Source: Candidatus Harrisonbacteria bacterium | GTDB taxonomy: Bacteria; Patescibacteriota; Minisyncoccia; UBA6257; UBA11618 | DNA length: 64,000 bases | Direction of reading: 5' to 3' | Assembly: GCA_016867415.1 (NCBI GenBank) | Contig: VGJO01000001.1 | Coordinates: forward strand, 7,823 to 71,822 | Part shown: positions 10,066 through 18,895 of the stretch, in pieces | Position numbering within the stretch: the first letter of the stretch is position 1 | Layout: every line of letters begins with the position of its first letter | Program-made: the position numbers and the translations under genes | Notes under the pieces: model-generated | Told to the model about the DNA's origin: nothing | The model's database searches: none | Seen by the model: the letters and a program-made list of their open reading frames with translations, nothing else

Positions 10066-10569
10066 ATGGTTATGCAAACTTTTTCCGGCGACGGCGTAAG
10101 ACTTCAGTCCGGCGGGATTGATATCATATTCGAGCCCAAAGAAGGCGCTATTCCCGCCCGCACCAAAACCAACATTTTTATAAAATCAAAAAGACCCTTC
10201 GAGACCGATGAGCTAAAAGACATAGCAGACAGAGTGATTGCCGGTCCCGGCGAATATGATGTGAAAGGAATTGAGATGTGGGGGTCTCCCGACTGGAGCT
10301 ATCTTCTGCGCGCCGAAAATATCTATATAGGTTTCCTAGGAAGCGAAGAGGGAAATGAGTTGATCGCCAAGGCCGAAGTAATCTTCTTGAAGAACAAAGC
10401 TAAAATGGCCGCATTTAGCAAGCAATTTGAAGCTAAAGTCATAATTGTCCTCGACGACAAAGCTGATCAAGTAGAAAAAGAATTAGGCCTCAAAGCCGAA
10501 TCTTTAGAAAAAATCACCTTAAAAAAGAAAGACCTTGCAAGCGAAGTAAAGCTCTACATATTAAAATAA
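10066..10569 (+). CDS. Hypothetical protein (167 aa)
   Basis: ORF with coding-like composition; no motif I can assign. Confidence 0.4.
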   Translation: MVMQTFSGDGVRLQSGGIDIIFEPKEGAIPARTKTNIFIKSKRPFETDELKDIADRVIAGPGEYDVKGIEMWGSPDWSYLLRAENIYIGFLGSEEGNELIAKAEVIFLKNKAKMAAFSKQFEAKVIIVLDDKADQVEKELGLKAESLEKITLKKKDLASEVKLYILK

Positions 10570-11250
10570 AAAGTAAGAAAGATTTGCATCTAAAATACTT
10601 AAAAGCCTCATAAAAAAACTCCTTGCTCTCATAAAGAAAACAAGGAGTAATTCTATACATTCCGGGCAGAAGTATTTCTACTTCAATTAGATGAGAAAGT
10701 AAGAAAACTCGAAACACCCCTCTCACCCTAAACCCACATTTTTTGAACTAAGGAAGGGAAGACCAGAGTCCAAGAAAAACCTGCCGCGAGGCGAGTCGTT
10801 TCAATAAGAAAGGGTCATTCTTATCTATCCCTCGGAAGACCACTCTACGCCTTACATCGGGAAGTATATAGAATTTTTCACCAAAGAACTAAAAACACCC
10901 TTACTATTCTATAATTATTTTATTTAAAAAGTAAAAATGTACTATTTATAAAGGTTATTGACTATATTGAGAGATATGATATATTTATAAAGTTACTTGG
11001 AATCATGTAGCCGGGTTGGGGTGCTCAACTTCCTCTTTTAATAAAGGATATCCGTGTTGATCCGCGATCACCCGTAGTCGTTCCTTGGTTTCTCCCTCTT
11101 TTTTTTTGAATTCACCCAGCGCCCGAAATGGTGCCTCGGCCAAATAGTCAAATAAACAAAGATTTTGGTCGAGAGAATGAAGGCAGACCATGAAGATTCG
11201 TCGTCTCCTCATTCCTCCGTAGTACTTGACTGCGGACCCCCTCTTACCCT

Positions 11251-11296
11251 CCGCTTCACGTATTCCCCTCAAAGGAACGTGAAGCGGTATTTTTTT
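11251..11296 (+). terminator. Strong intrinsic terminator CCGCTTCACGT-(loop)-ACGTGAAGCGG followed by TTTTTTT
   Basis: 11-bp perfect stem plus T-run, ~680 bp from the nearest upstream plus-strand CDS. This implies an unannotated short transcript ending here. Confidence 0.6.
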
Positions 11297-11412
11297 AGCA
11301 AAAATCCCTTGCAAAACCCCCGAAAATACTCTATAATAAGCCCAACTTCTTTTTCTTTAGAAAATTTTCATAACAAACCTAATAAAAGAATAAAGAAGCC
11401 AATTACAAACCA

Positions 11413-12507
11413 ATGAAAATACTTTCCGCAAAGAAAAATGCCTCTCCCTTGGCCAAGATAGTAAAGGAGAATCCCAATGCAGTCGTGGTGCTCAAGACCG
11501 ATGAGCACGTTGAAGCCAAATATTTAAAAAAGACCAACAAAGCCGCTTTTTTTGATCTCGGTCGCCATGGCACTGGCGTCATCTATGGCTTTGAGCTCAT
11601 CAATTCTCAAGACGCACTCAAAGAAGTGAATCCTGGCGACACTCTCCTTGTGAAAGTGGTCGACGTGGAAAACGAAGATGGCTACATTGAGCTCTCCCTC
11701 CGCGAGACTCATAAGCAAAAGGCCTGGGACAAAGTGAAGGAACTCAAAGAAGTCGGCGAGCCGATCATGGTTCGTATTGAAGGTGCCAATACTGGCGGCC
11801 TCATCACCGATCTCCACGGCCTCAAAGCCTTCCTCCCTGTCTCCCAGCTCTCGGCCGAACATTACCCCGATATTGGCGAAGGTGATAAGAGTAAACTCCT
11901 CGAAGAGCTAAAAAAGTTTGTCGGCGAGACCTTCAAGGTCAAGATTCTTGATCTTAATCCTCGCACCAACAAGCTCATCATCTCCGAGCGCGCACTCATG
12001 GCAGTGAATCTCGTCGAGCGCCTCTCTACCTACAAAATAGGAGACATCATCGACGGCATCGTGACCGGCGTCGCTGACTTCGGCGCTTTTGTGAAGTTTG
12101 CAAACGACACCGATCTTGAAGGTCTCATTCACATCTCCGAGCTCTCCCACAGCCTTATCGAAAATCCGAAGGAGATCTTAAAGATTGACGATGTGGTCAA
12201 AGCCAAGATCGTCGATATCAAAGATGGCCGCGTCTCCCTTTCCTTAAAAGCCTTAGTGCCTAATCCTTGGGATGAAGTCGGGAGCAAGTTTAAAGCTGGT
12301 GACGTTGTGGAAGGTGTTGTGAATCGCTTCAATCCTTTTGGCGCCTTCATCGGCCTTAAAAAGAATATCCAGGGCTTGATCCACGTCTCTGAATTCGGAT
12401 CTGTGGAAGAGATGAAAAAGAAGCTCGAAATCGGCAAGAATTATCACTTCACCGTCGAAGTAGTGAAACCCGAAGAAAAAAGAATTGTGCTTAAATTAAA
12501 AAAATAA
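11413..12507 (+). CDS. rpsA: 30S ribosomal protein S1 (four S1 domains)
   Basis: Repeated S1-domain signatures (G-D/E...V...V..FGAFV...GL.H.SE.). Confidence 0.85.
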   Translation: MKILSAKKNASPLAKIVKENPNAVVVLKTDEHVEAKYLKKTNKAAFFDLGRHGTGVIYGFELINSQDALKEVNPGDTLLVKVVDVENEDGYIELSLRETHKQKAWDKVKELKEVGEPIMVRIEGANTGGLITDLHGLKAFLPVSQLSAEHYPDIGEGDKSKLLEELKKFVGETFKVKILDLNPRTNKLIISERALMAVNLVERLSTYKIGDIIDGIVTGVADFGAFVKFANDTDLEGLIHISELSHSLIENPKEILKIDDVVKAKIVDIKDGRVSLSLKALVPNPWDEVGSKFKAGDVVEGVVNRFNPFGAFIGLKKNIQGLIHVSEFGSVEEMKKKLEIGKNYHFTVEVVKPEEKRIVLKLKK

Positions 12508-12511
12508 ATTC

Positions 12512-12772
12512 ATGTTAAGTCCTCGACAAAAGAAAAACGTCATGAAAGACATTTCTATTCATGACAAAGATACTGGTTCTACTGGCGTCCAGATCGGCCT
12601 GATCACCAAGTCGGTCAACGAGCTCGTCTCTCACTTAAAGAAAAACCCAAAAGACAATCACTCCCGACGGGGCCTCTTGAAGATGGTTGGCAAGCGCCGC
12701 CGCCTCCTAAAGTATATGGAGACGCATGACGAAAAAGGCTACAAAGCCCTCATCAAAAAGCTCGATCTCTAA
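12512..12772 (+). CDS. rpsO: 30S ribosomal protein S15
   Basis: ...HLKKNPKDNHSRRGLLKMVGKRRRLLKYM... is the canonical S15 signature. The true start may be the internal MKDISI. Confidence 0.85.
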   Translation: MLSPRQKKNVMKDISIHDKDTGSTGVQIGLITKSVNELVSHLKKNPKDNHSRRGLLKMVGKRRRLLKYMETHDEKGYKALIKKLDL

Positions 12773-12975
12773 TTCTTTTTTTCTTCAGTAGATCTGTTTC
12801 ACCCAGGAATTTTTCCCTTCAGAAAAATTCCTGCCCCGTGACCGTTTTTTCAAGCTATTAATTTTCCCTTTTAAAACCTGAAAGAATTTTCATTAAAAAA
12901 AAATTATAAAATAATATCTGCATTACCTCCCTCATTTAAAAACATAAAAAAGGGGAAATAATGCGCGTACACATG

Positions 12976-13096
12976 CGAAGTAATTTTGGAGGACTTTTCG
13001 ATTTTATTTCTGAGCAGCGAACGGAACATACTGGAGCCAAGTCTGTGAGCACGCAACGCAAGAAAAAAATCGAAAAGAGCCCAAAAGTACGAGCAC
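12976..13096 (+). repeat. Family-1 structured repeat, copy B
   Basis: The 5' CTTTTCGATTT is perfectly complementary to the 3' AAATCGAAAAG. The internal CTGAGCAGCGAACGG / AACATACT hairpin / GTGAGCACGCAACGC block is conserved. Confidence 0.6.
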
Positions 13097-13103
13097 TAAA
13101 TAT

Positions 13104-13955
13104 ATGATAAAAAATCGTGAACAGAGAGTTGGAATTTTTATTGATATCCAAAACCTCTACCACTCCTCAAAAAACCTCTACTCTGCAAGAGTAAATTATA
13201 AAGAACTCATGGACACGCTTGTCGCAGATAGGAAGCTCGTCCGGGCTATTGGCTATGTCGTCAAGACCGAATCCACTCTTGGCGAATCCTCCTTCTTTGA
13301 TGCCTTGGTAAAGTCCGGTATTGATCTTCGGATGAAAGATATCCAGATCTTCCCTGATGGCATGAAAAAAGCCGACTGGGATGTCGGCCTCGCTATCGAT
13401 GCCGTCCGCTTAAGTAACGCCCTCGACGTCGTCGTCCTCGTGACCGGCGATGGCGACTTCGTCCCACTCGTCGAGTATCTCCGCTGGGGCCTTGGTAAGA
13501 CCGTTGAGGTCGCCGCTTTTGGTCGCAGCGCTTCAAGTAAGCTCAAAGAATCCGCCGACGAATTTATTAATATGGATGAGTTAAACAAAGTCGTCATGCG
13601 CCGACCTGATATCTTTAATAGCAGAAACAATAACAACCAAAACCAATCTTTTGATCGTTTTCCAAGACGCACAAGCTCTCTCCGAAATGAAGGAGGGGAT
13701 CTTTCTTTTGCTAAATCAAAATATCGGGAAGACATCTCTCGCCTTTCAAGAGATGATGAAGAGTATGTGAGAAAGATAGAGACCGGAGAAGCCTCTCAAG
13801 ATGCGGGAAATAAGAAAAAACCCGCCCGCCGTATCCGGGGAAAAAGTGCTCTCACAGAAAAAAAGTCTGAAGCTAAAAATCCCATCCGCACCCGCAAGAA
13901 AATAAATGAAGATAAAAAAACCAACGAATCATATCTCAATGAACGCAACAACTAA
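13104..13955 (+). CDS. NYN-domain (LabA-like) protein with a long basic, low-complexity C-terminal tail
   Basis: RVGIFIDIQNLY...VVLVTGDGDF.PLVEYLR..GK.VEV... is the LabA/NYN PIN-like fold. The tail is K/R/N-rich and overlaps the pnp start. Confidence 0.75.
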   Translation: MIKNREQRVGIFIDIQNLYHSSKNLYSARVNYKELMDTLVADRKLVRAIGYVVKTESTLGESSFFDALVKSGIDLRMKDIQIFPDGMKKADWDVGLAIDAVRLSNALDVVVLVTGDGDFVPLVEYLRWGLGKTVEVAAFGRSASSKLKESADEFINMDELNKVVMRRPDIFNSRNNNNQNQSFDRFPRRTSSLRNEGGDLSFAKSKYREDISRLSRDDEEYVRKIETGEASQDAGNKKKPARRIRGKSALTEKKSEAKNPIRTRKKINEDKKTNESYLNERNN

Positions 13956-16035
13956 AAAAGTTTTTAAGACTGAATTTGCCGGCCGACCTCTCGAATTTGA
14001 AGTGGGGGAACTCGCTTTTCGCGCCACCAAAGCCGTTCTTGGCCGATACGGTGACACCGAAGTTTTAGTCACCGTCGTGATGGGGGAGTTGGACACTAAT
14101 TTAGATTACATGCCTCTCACCGTAGATTTCGAAGAGCGTTTCTATGCCATCGGCAAGATCCTTGGGAGTCGTTACACTCGCCGCGAAGGAAAATCTTCTG
14201 ATGAAGCTGTCCTCTCCGGCCGGGTCATCGATCGCACCATTCGCCCCCTCTTTGATCAGCGCCTCCGCCGTGAGATCCAAGTCGTCGTCACCACTCTCGC
14301 TCTCGATGGCGAGAATGATCACAATTTTCTTTCTTTAGTAACTGCTTCTCTTGCCCTTCACCTCTCCTCTATTCCTTGGCAAGGACCAGTCGCCGGCGTA
14401 AATCTCGCCGAAGTTGATAACAAAATCCTCGTAAACCCCAAAAATTCAGAAAGCGTCGAAAATACCTTTGAGGGTTTTATCTCTGGTCCCAAAGGCCGGA
14501 TTAATATGATTGAGATCGAAGGCCTAAATGCTCATGAAGAAAAAATCCTCACTGCTTTCAAAGCGGGTCAGGAAGCTATTGATAGCTTGATCGATTTTCA
14601 GGAAAGTATTCGCAAAGAAATCGGCGATAAAAAAATAGATGCCGTACTTGCTTCTTCAAATGCTGATTTGAAAAAAGAAATAAAAGAAAAATTAGGCAAT
14701 GACCTAGAAGCCGCTCTCTTTTTAGGAAAGCGCGACGCAAGCGAAAAGGGAGTAAAAGAGCTTCTTGTAAATCTTATAAAAAGTTATGAAGACAATGGAG
14801 CCGATGAAAAAAGCATAAAAGAACTCTCGCATATTTTCGAAGAACTTTCTGATGAGCTCGTCCACCAAAACGCCTTAGAAAAAAATCTCCGCCCTGATAA
14901 CCGCGGCTTTGAGGAAATCCGCCCTCTAGAGGGGAAAGTCTCCGTCATCAAGCGTGCTCACGGCTCCGCTCTCTTCACGCGCGGCGAGACTCAATCTCTT
15001 GCAGTAGTCACCCTTGCTTCTCCCGACTCCGAAAAAATCGTCGAATCCATTGAAGGCATTCAAAACAAGAGCTTCATGCTTCACTATAATTTTCCGCCAT
15101 ATTCCACGGGTGAAGTCGGTCGGATGCGCGGCCCTGGTCGCCGCGAAATCGGTCATGGCTCTTTAGCCGAAAAAGCTCTCCGCCGCTTAATTCCAAAAAA
15201 AGAGCTCTTCCCATATATCATTCGAATAGTCTCTGAAATCCTTTCTTCCAACGGCTCCTCTTCCATGGCCTCAGTCTGCGCGGGCACGCTCGCGATGATG
15301 GACGCCGGCATTCCTCTTCTTGCTCCCGCCGCCGGTATTGCTATTGGCCTCATGAGTAATGAAAAAGGGGATTATAAGATTTTGACCGACATTCAAGGCG
15401 CAGAGGATCACTATGGAGATATGGACTTCAAAGTTGCCGGCACCGAAACTGGTATTACCGCCATCCAGCTTGATACTAAAGTTTCAGGCATCACTCTTAA
15501 TACCATAAAAGACGCCCTAGAAGCGGGGAAAAAAGCCCGTAAGGAAATTCTCGAAACAATCATCTCAACAATTAGTGCCCCCCGTGCCGCTCTTTCTCCC
15601 TTTGCCCCCTCAGTCTTTTCAGTCTCTATCAATCCCGACAAGATTGGCTTATTGATCGGCCCCGGCGGCAAGACTATTAATAGCATCATTGCCGATACTG
15701 GCATCGATAATATTGATGTGAATCAAGATGGTAAGATCTATGTCTACGCGAGCAACCAAGAAAAAGGCTGGCGCGCCAGAGAACGGATCGAACAACTAAC
15801 GAAAGACTATTCAATAGGCGACATCGTCACTGGCAAAATCGTCCGTATCTTTGAATTCGGCGCTATTCTCGAATTCGCTCCTGGTAAAGACGGTATGATC
15901 CACGTCTCCGAACTCAAAGATGGTTTCGTTAAAAAAGTAGAAGATGTGGTAAAGCTTGGCGAAGAAGTCACGGCCAAAATCGTAAAAATGGAAGGCGACA
16001 AAATCGGCCTCTCCCTCAAAGCCCTCAAAAAGTAG
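13906..16035 (+). CDS. pnp: Polynucleotide phosphorylase / polyadenylase
   Basis: Two RNase PH domains, the FxRxxGPGRREIGHG motif, and C-terminal KH and S1 domains. The start may be the internal MNATTKK. Confidence 0.95.
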   Translation: MKIKKPTNHISMNATTKKVFKTEFAGRPLEFEVGELAFRATKAVLGRYGDTEVLVTVVMGELDTNLDYMPLTVDFEERFYAIGKILGSRYTRREGKSSDEAVLSGRVIDRTIRPLFDQRLRREIQVVVTTLALDGENDHNFLSLVTASLALHLSSIPWQGPVAGVNLAEVDNKILVNPKNSESVENTFEGFISGPKGRINMIEIEGLNAHEEKILTAFKAGQEAIDSLIDFQESIRKEIGDKKIDAVLASSNADLKKEIKEKLGNDLEAALFLGKRDASEKGVKELLVNLIKSYEDNGADEKSIKELSHIFEELSDELVHQNALEKNLRPDNRGFEEIRPLEGKVSVIKRAHGSALFTRGETQSLAVVTLASPDSEKIVESIEGIQNKSFMLHYNFPPYSTGEVGRMRGPGRREIGHGSLAEKALRRLIPKKELFPYIIRIVSEILSSNGSSSMASVCAGTLAMMDAGIPLLAPAAGIAIGLMSNEKGDYKILTDIQGAEDHYGDMDFKVAGTETGITAIQLDTKVSGITLNTIKDALEAGKKARKEILETIISTISAPRAALSPFAPSVFSVSINPDKIGLLIGPGGKTINSIIADTGIDNIDVNQDGKIYVYASNQEKGWRARERIEQLTKDYSIGDIVTGKIVRIFEFGAILEFAPGKDGMIHVSELKDGFVKKVEDVVKLGEEVTAKIVKMEGDKIGLSLKALKK

Positions 16036-16087
16036 ATTGTCATTCCGGAATCTATAATCCTAAATAAAAAGGCTGGGACGTGGCACC

Positions 16088-16381
16088 GGCCCTCCAAAGG
16101 GGTGAATCTCTTTTATAAAAAAGTTGAAGACTTTTTATTCGCCCCTCCACCTCCCCTCTGATCTCCCTAATATCCCTTTTTCTCTAATAATGCGCTAAGA
16201 GAAACTTTTTATTTCCCTTGAATGGCTTTCTGGAGGAGAAAAGCATGGTTTTTTCATGATATTATTTTTTTCTTCTTATTCCCCAAAAATAACATCGTGA
16301 AAAATTTTCTCTGAAGCCTAAATAAAAAATTACTGGAGTTTTTATGGGTCATGAAGGGGAAAGAAAAAGTTTCTAAAAAAA
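16088..16381 (+). repeat. Family-X structured element, copy X2 (~290 nt)
   Basis: GGCCCTCCAAAGGGGTGAATCT..., hairpin AAAAAGTTGAAGACTTTTT, CCCCTCCACC, GGAGGAGAAAAGCATGG, hairpin ATGATATTATTTTT...AAAAATAACATCGT, TCATGAAGGGGAAAG, TTCTAAAAAAA. Confidence 0.5.
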
Positions 16382-16411
16382 TTTAAATAATATGATAAAA
16401 TAATTACTACT

Positions 16412-17878
16412 ATGGACATGGATCCCAAAAAAAATAATCCTGACCCAAGTTCTTGGGACTCTTTTTTCAAAGAAGGCACTGTTCCGCCGACTTCTCCTGC
16501 CTCTGAATCTCCTAAAGAAATCCTTCCCCAATCTACTGAAACATCCCCACCCTTCAATCCTTTCGCCTCAGTAAATAACACCTCTCAACCTTCTCCTGCT
16601 CCCACCCCTGAGCCCATGAAAGAAACTGCCGCTCCGCCTTCCCGAATTCCTTTTGAAAACAGTAAATTTTTCGATCCTAAGTCTATCTCTTCTACTCCTG
16701 AACCTATTAAACCTATTGAAGAATCTCATTCCGAACCTATCGAAGAAATAAAAATCACTCCTAAAGTTCCAAACGAGCATTCACCCTTCTTTGCTCCCGA
16801 AAATCCTTTCAACTTTCCTAATAGCTCAGTAAATAATCCATTTAAAGACGCTAAAGAAAATCAGCCTAAAGCCCAGAGCATTGAAGCCGGCCTTCCCGAA
16901 ACTCGCAGCCTTCCCGAAATGCAGCTTCGCACCATGAGTTCCGACCTTGCTTCAATAAAAAGCTCCGGCGGCAACCTCCCCGAAGCTCTCATAGTTAGCG
17001 AAAAAGAGCTCGACACTAAAAGCCCTCTTTTCAAACCCGAGACCACCATTCCCCAAAGTCCCGCGAATGACATTTTAGTAGAAAAAAAATCAGGCCTAAG
17101 TCTCCCGATAAAAACCCTCCTAATTTTCCTCGCACTGATCGTCCTAGGTGGTCTCGGCTTTATTATCTACTTCCTCATGAAAGACCTCTTCTTTCCCGAA
17201 ACCTTAGATCTTTCTCCTTCAGTTAATATCGAGCCAAATACTCCCGCAATGACTATTGATCGCATGCCGCCAGAGACAAGAGAGGAGCCGACCATGCTTC
17301 CTCACACCTCCGCCTTTGGCCTCACCCCCGAGTCAAAAGATCTCGCCGTTATTCAGATCAATAATTATAATCTCGTCGACATCCTATCCGCCTTCCAGGG
17401 TAAAGTTAACCTCACTCGCCCCGAAGACACTCTCCAAGAAATTGTCGTTGGTACTCCGGAAGGTCAGGCTATTTTCTCTAAATATTTCCTCACCCTCCTC
17501 CCCGAGCTCCAAGGCGCGCCCTTAAGCGCCGCTCTCGAGACCTACTTCGACAAAGACTTCACTGCCTTCCTCTACTACGAAAAAGGAAAAGCCTATCCAG
17601 GCCTCATCGCCAAAAAACTGCCCAATAGCAACTTCGATCCCGAACTTCTCAAAAATATCGAATCTGCTTCCTTAAAAAATCTCTACCTCGCTCTGCCCAA
17701 GGGAGAGATCAGCCCTTTCAAGGATAGTGTCATCGCTGGCGTCACCACCCGCTATGGAAGTTTCTTCGAAGATCGTCCCGCCGCGGTCAACTACGGTCTC
17801 TTCGGTGATAATCTCATTATCACTACTACCAACAAATCCCTCTTCAAAGTCCTCGATCTCCTCCGCGCCTCCAACTGA
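16412..17878 (+). CDS. Hypothetical Pro/Ser-rich membrane-anchored protein (488 aa)
   Basis: Long low-complexity P/S/E-rich N-terminal half, one TM helix (LLIFLALIVLGGLGFIIYFLM), and a globular C-terminal half. Confidence 0.5.
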   Translation: MDMDPKKNNPDPSSWDSFFKEGTVPPTSPASESPKEILPQSTETSPPFNPFASVNNTSQPSPAPTPEPMKETAAPPSRIPFENSKFFDPKSISSTPEPIKPIEESHSEPIEEIKITPKVPNEHSPFFAPENPFNFPNSSVNNPFKDAKENQPKAQSIEAGLPETRSLPEMQLRTMSSDLASIKSSGGNLPEALIVSEKELDTKSPLFKPETTIPQSPANDILVEKKSGLSLPIKTLLIFLALIVLGGLGFIIYFLMKDLFFPETLDLSPSVNIEPNTPAMTIDRMPPETREEPTMLPHTSAFGLTPESKDLAVIQINNYNLVDILSAFQGKVNLTRPEDTLQEIVVGTPEGQAIFSKYFLTLLPELQGAPLSAALETYFDKDFTAFLYYEKGKAYPGLIAKKLPNSNFDPELLKNIESASLKNLYLALPKGEISPFKDSVIAGVTTRYGSFFEDRPAAVNYGLFGDNLIITTTNKSLFKVLDLLRASN

Positions 17879-17880
17879 TT

Positions 17881-17909
17881 GTCATTCCGGCCTCCGAGCC
17901 GGAATCCAG
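17881..17909. repeat. REP-like palindromic unit GTCATTCCGG-CCTCCGAG-CCGGAATCCAG immediately after the stop codon
   Basis: Exact copy of the 9378-9406 unit. Confidence 0.6.
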
Positions 17910-18002
17910 TACATTTTCTATCAAATTAATTTTAAAAAGAAAAAAGCGGCGACCTTACAGCCACCGCTTGTTTGAGATTTTTCCGTCTTCCCGTGATGCG
18001 CC

Positions 18003-18716
18003 TCAGGTCGCGACGGTATCATTAGCTACAGCAGTTGCCGAAGCCACTTCTTCCGTCTCAGCGTCCTGAGCTTCTTTCGCCGCCTTGAGAATATCCCGCC
18101 GTGTGCAAGGCGAAATATGCTCCTTCTTGCGCAATCCTCGCACCTGGGAGACTCGGAGACCAGCGATTTTGGCGATCATCGTGTCCGGCAACTTGCCCAA
18201 GAACGGCCGAATCTTCTTTTCGATATCGACCACCTCCGGAAATCCGTAGATAATCCCAATCGAAGTAAACGCATTCCGAAGCGTCCCGTGATGCACGATG
18301 GTGCTGTGATAGAGCGCCGGATCCTCCCGCCTGAAAGCGTCAGGATCCAACACCTCTTTCCCACGCAATCGAGCGAGCGACTGGCTAGCGCAAAAAAAGG
18401 GCACTTCCATCGCCGACACCAACTCTTGCCACACAAGCTTCGGCGGAAAGCGATGGCCACATCTCGTACAAGTAGTGTTAAGATCGTTCGGATCATCCAC
18501 AAATCCTTTGAGGATCTCGGCCGGCGTCAAAGACCGATTGCATTTGGGACAAAGCGCCTGCGGCCGAAACTTCTCATGACCATGGATAGCGCCCACCAAT
18601 TCCAATCGCATACTGAGCATCTGCGCCTGGCAGAGCATCCGCTGTGCCTGCGTCATCCGCTGTGCCTGCGTCATCCGCTGTTCCATTGAATGGTGCTGAG
18701 AAAAAGTAAGCATCAT
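18003..18716 (-). CDS. Hypothetical protein with N-terminal QRMTQA tandem repeats, a CxxC...CxxC zinc-ribbon and a C-terminal HTH-like segment (237 aa); GC-rich relative to its surroundings
   Basis: CPKCNRS...CTRCGHRF; C-terminal ...TMIAKIAGLRVSQVRGLRKK... The locally elevated GC and an overlapping 190-aa plus-strand ORF make the frame assignment uncertain. Confidence 0.4.
   Translation of the reverse strand: MMLTFSQHHSMEQRMTQAQRMTQAQRMLCQAQMLSMRLELVGAIHGHEKFRPQALCPKCNRSLTPAEILKGFVDDPNDLNTTCTRCGHRFPPKLVWQELVSAMEVPFFCASQSLARLRGKEVLDPDAFRREDPALYHSTIVHHGTLRNAFTSIGIIYGFPEVVDIEKKIRPFLGKLPDTMIAKIAGLRVSQVRGLRKKEHISPCTRRDILKAAKEAQDAETEEVASATAVANDTVAT
18646..18691. repeat. 18-bp tandem repeat x2.5 (CATCCGCTGTGCCTGCGT)
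   Basis: Direct reading; encodes QRMTQAQRMTQAQRM on the minus strand. Confidence 0.85.
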
Positions 18717-18819
18717 AATTCAAATTCCTTCACAAAGAAGAAGAGGGGAGAAACCAACTTTTCAAAGTCCTTTCAGACTAACACACCTGTTATAGCACAC
18801 TAAAAATCCAATGTCAATA

Positions 18820-18838
18820 TTTTGTCAACTTGACAAAA
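18820..18838. promoter_or_regulatory. Operator-like palindrome TTTTGTCAA-C-TTGACAAAA
   Basis: 9-bp perfect inverted arms ~25 bp upstream of the -35 element below. Being symmetric, it could serve either divergent transcript. Confidence 0.4.
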
Positions 18839-18860
18839 ATAGATAAAAACCAATAGGGTA

Positions 18861-18888
18861 TTGACATAGGCTGTGGATATGCTATAAT
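18861..18888 (+). promoter_or_regulatory. Near-consensus sigma70 promoter: TTGACA, 16-nt spacer, TATAAT
   Basis: Exact -35 and -10 hexamers read directly. Confidence 0.55.
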
Positions 18889-18895
18889 AGTTTTA

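Noticed and set aside
10990-11296. tmRNA or SRP RNA identity for the orphan-terminator transcript
   Set aside because: No tRNA-like T-loop (GGTTCGAATCC-type), no tag-peptide reading frame ending in ...AA-stop, and only a weak resemblance to the SRP domain IV consensus. I left it as an unassigned sRNA candidate.
11165-11416. 83-aa plus-strand ORF ending in ATGA overlap with the rpsA start (possible upstream leader ORF)
   Set aside because: The ORF reads straight through the strong terminator hairpin and has no SD. The overlap with the rpsA ATG is most likely a coincidence.
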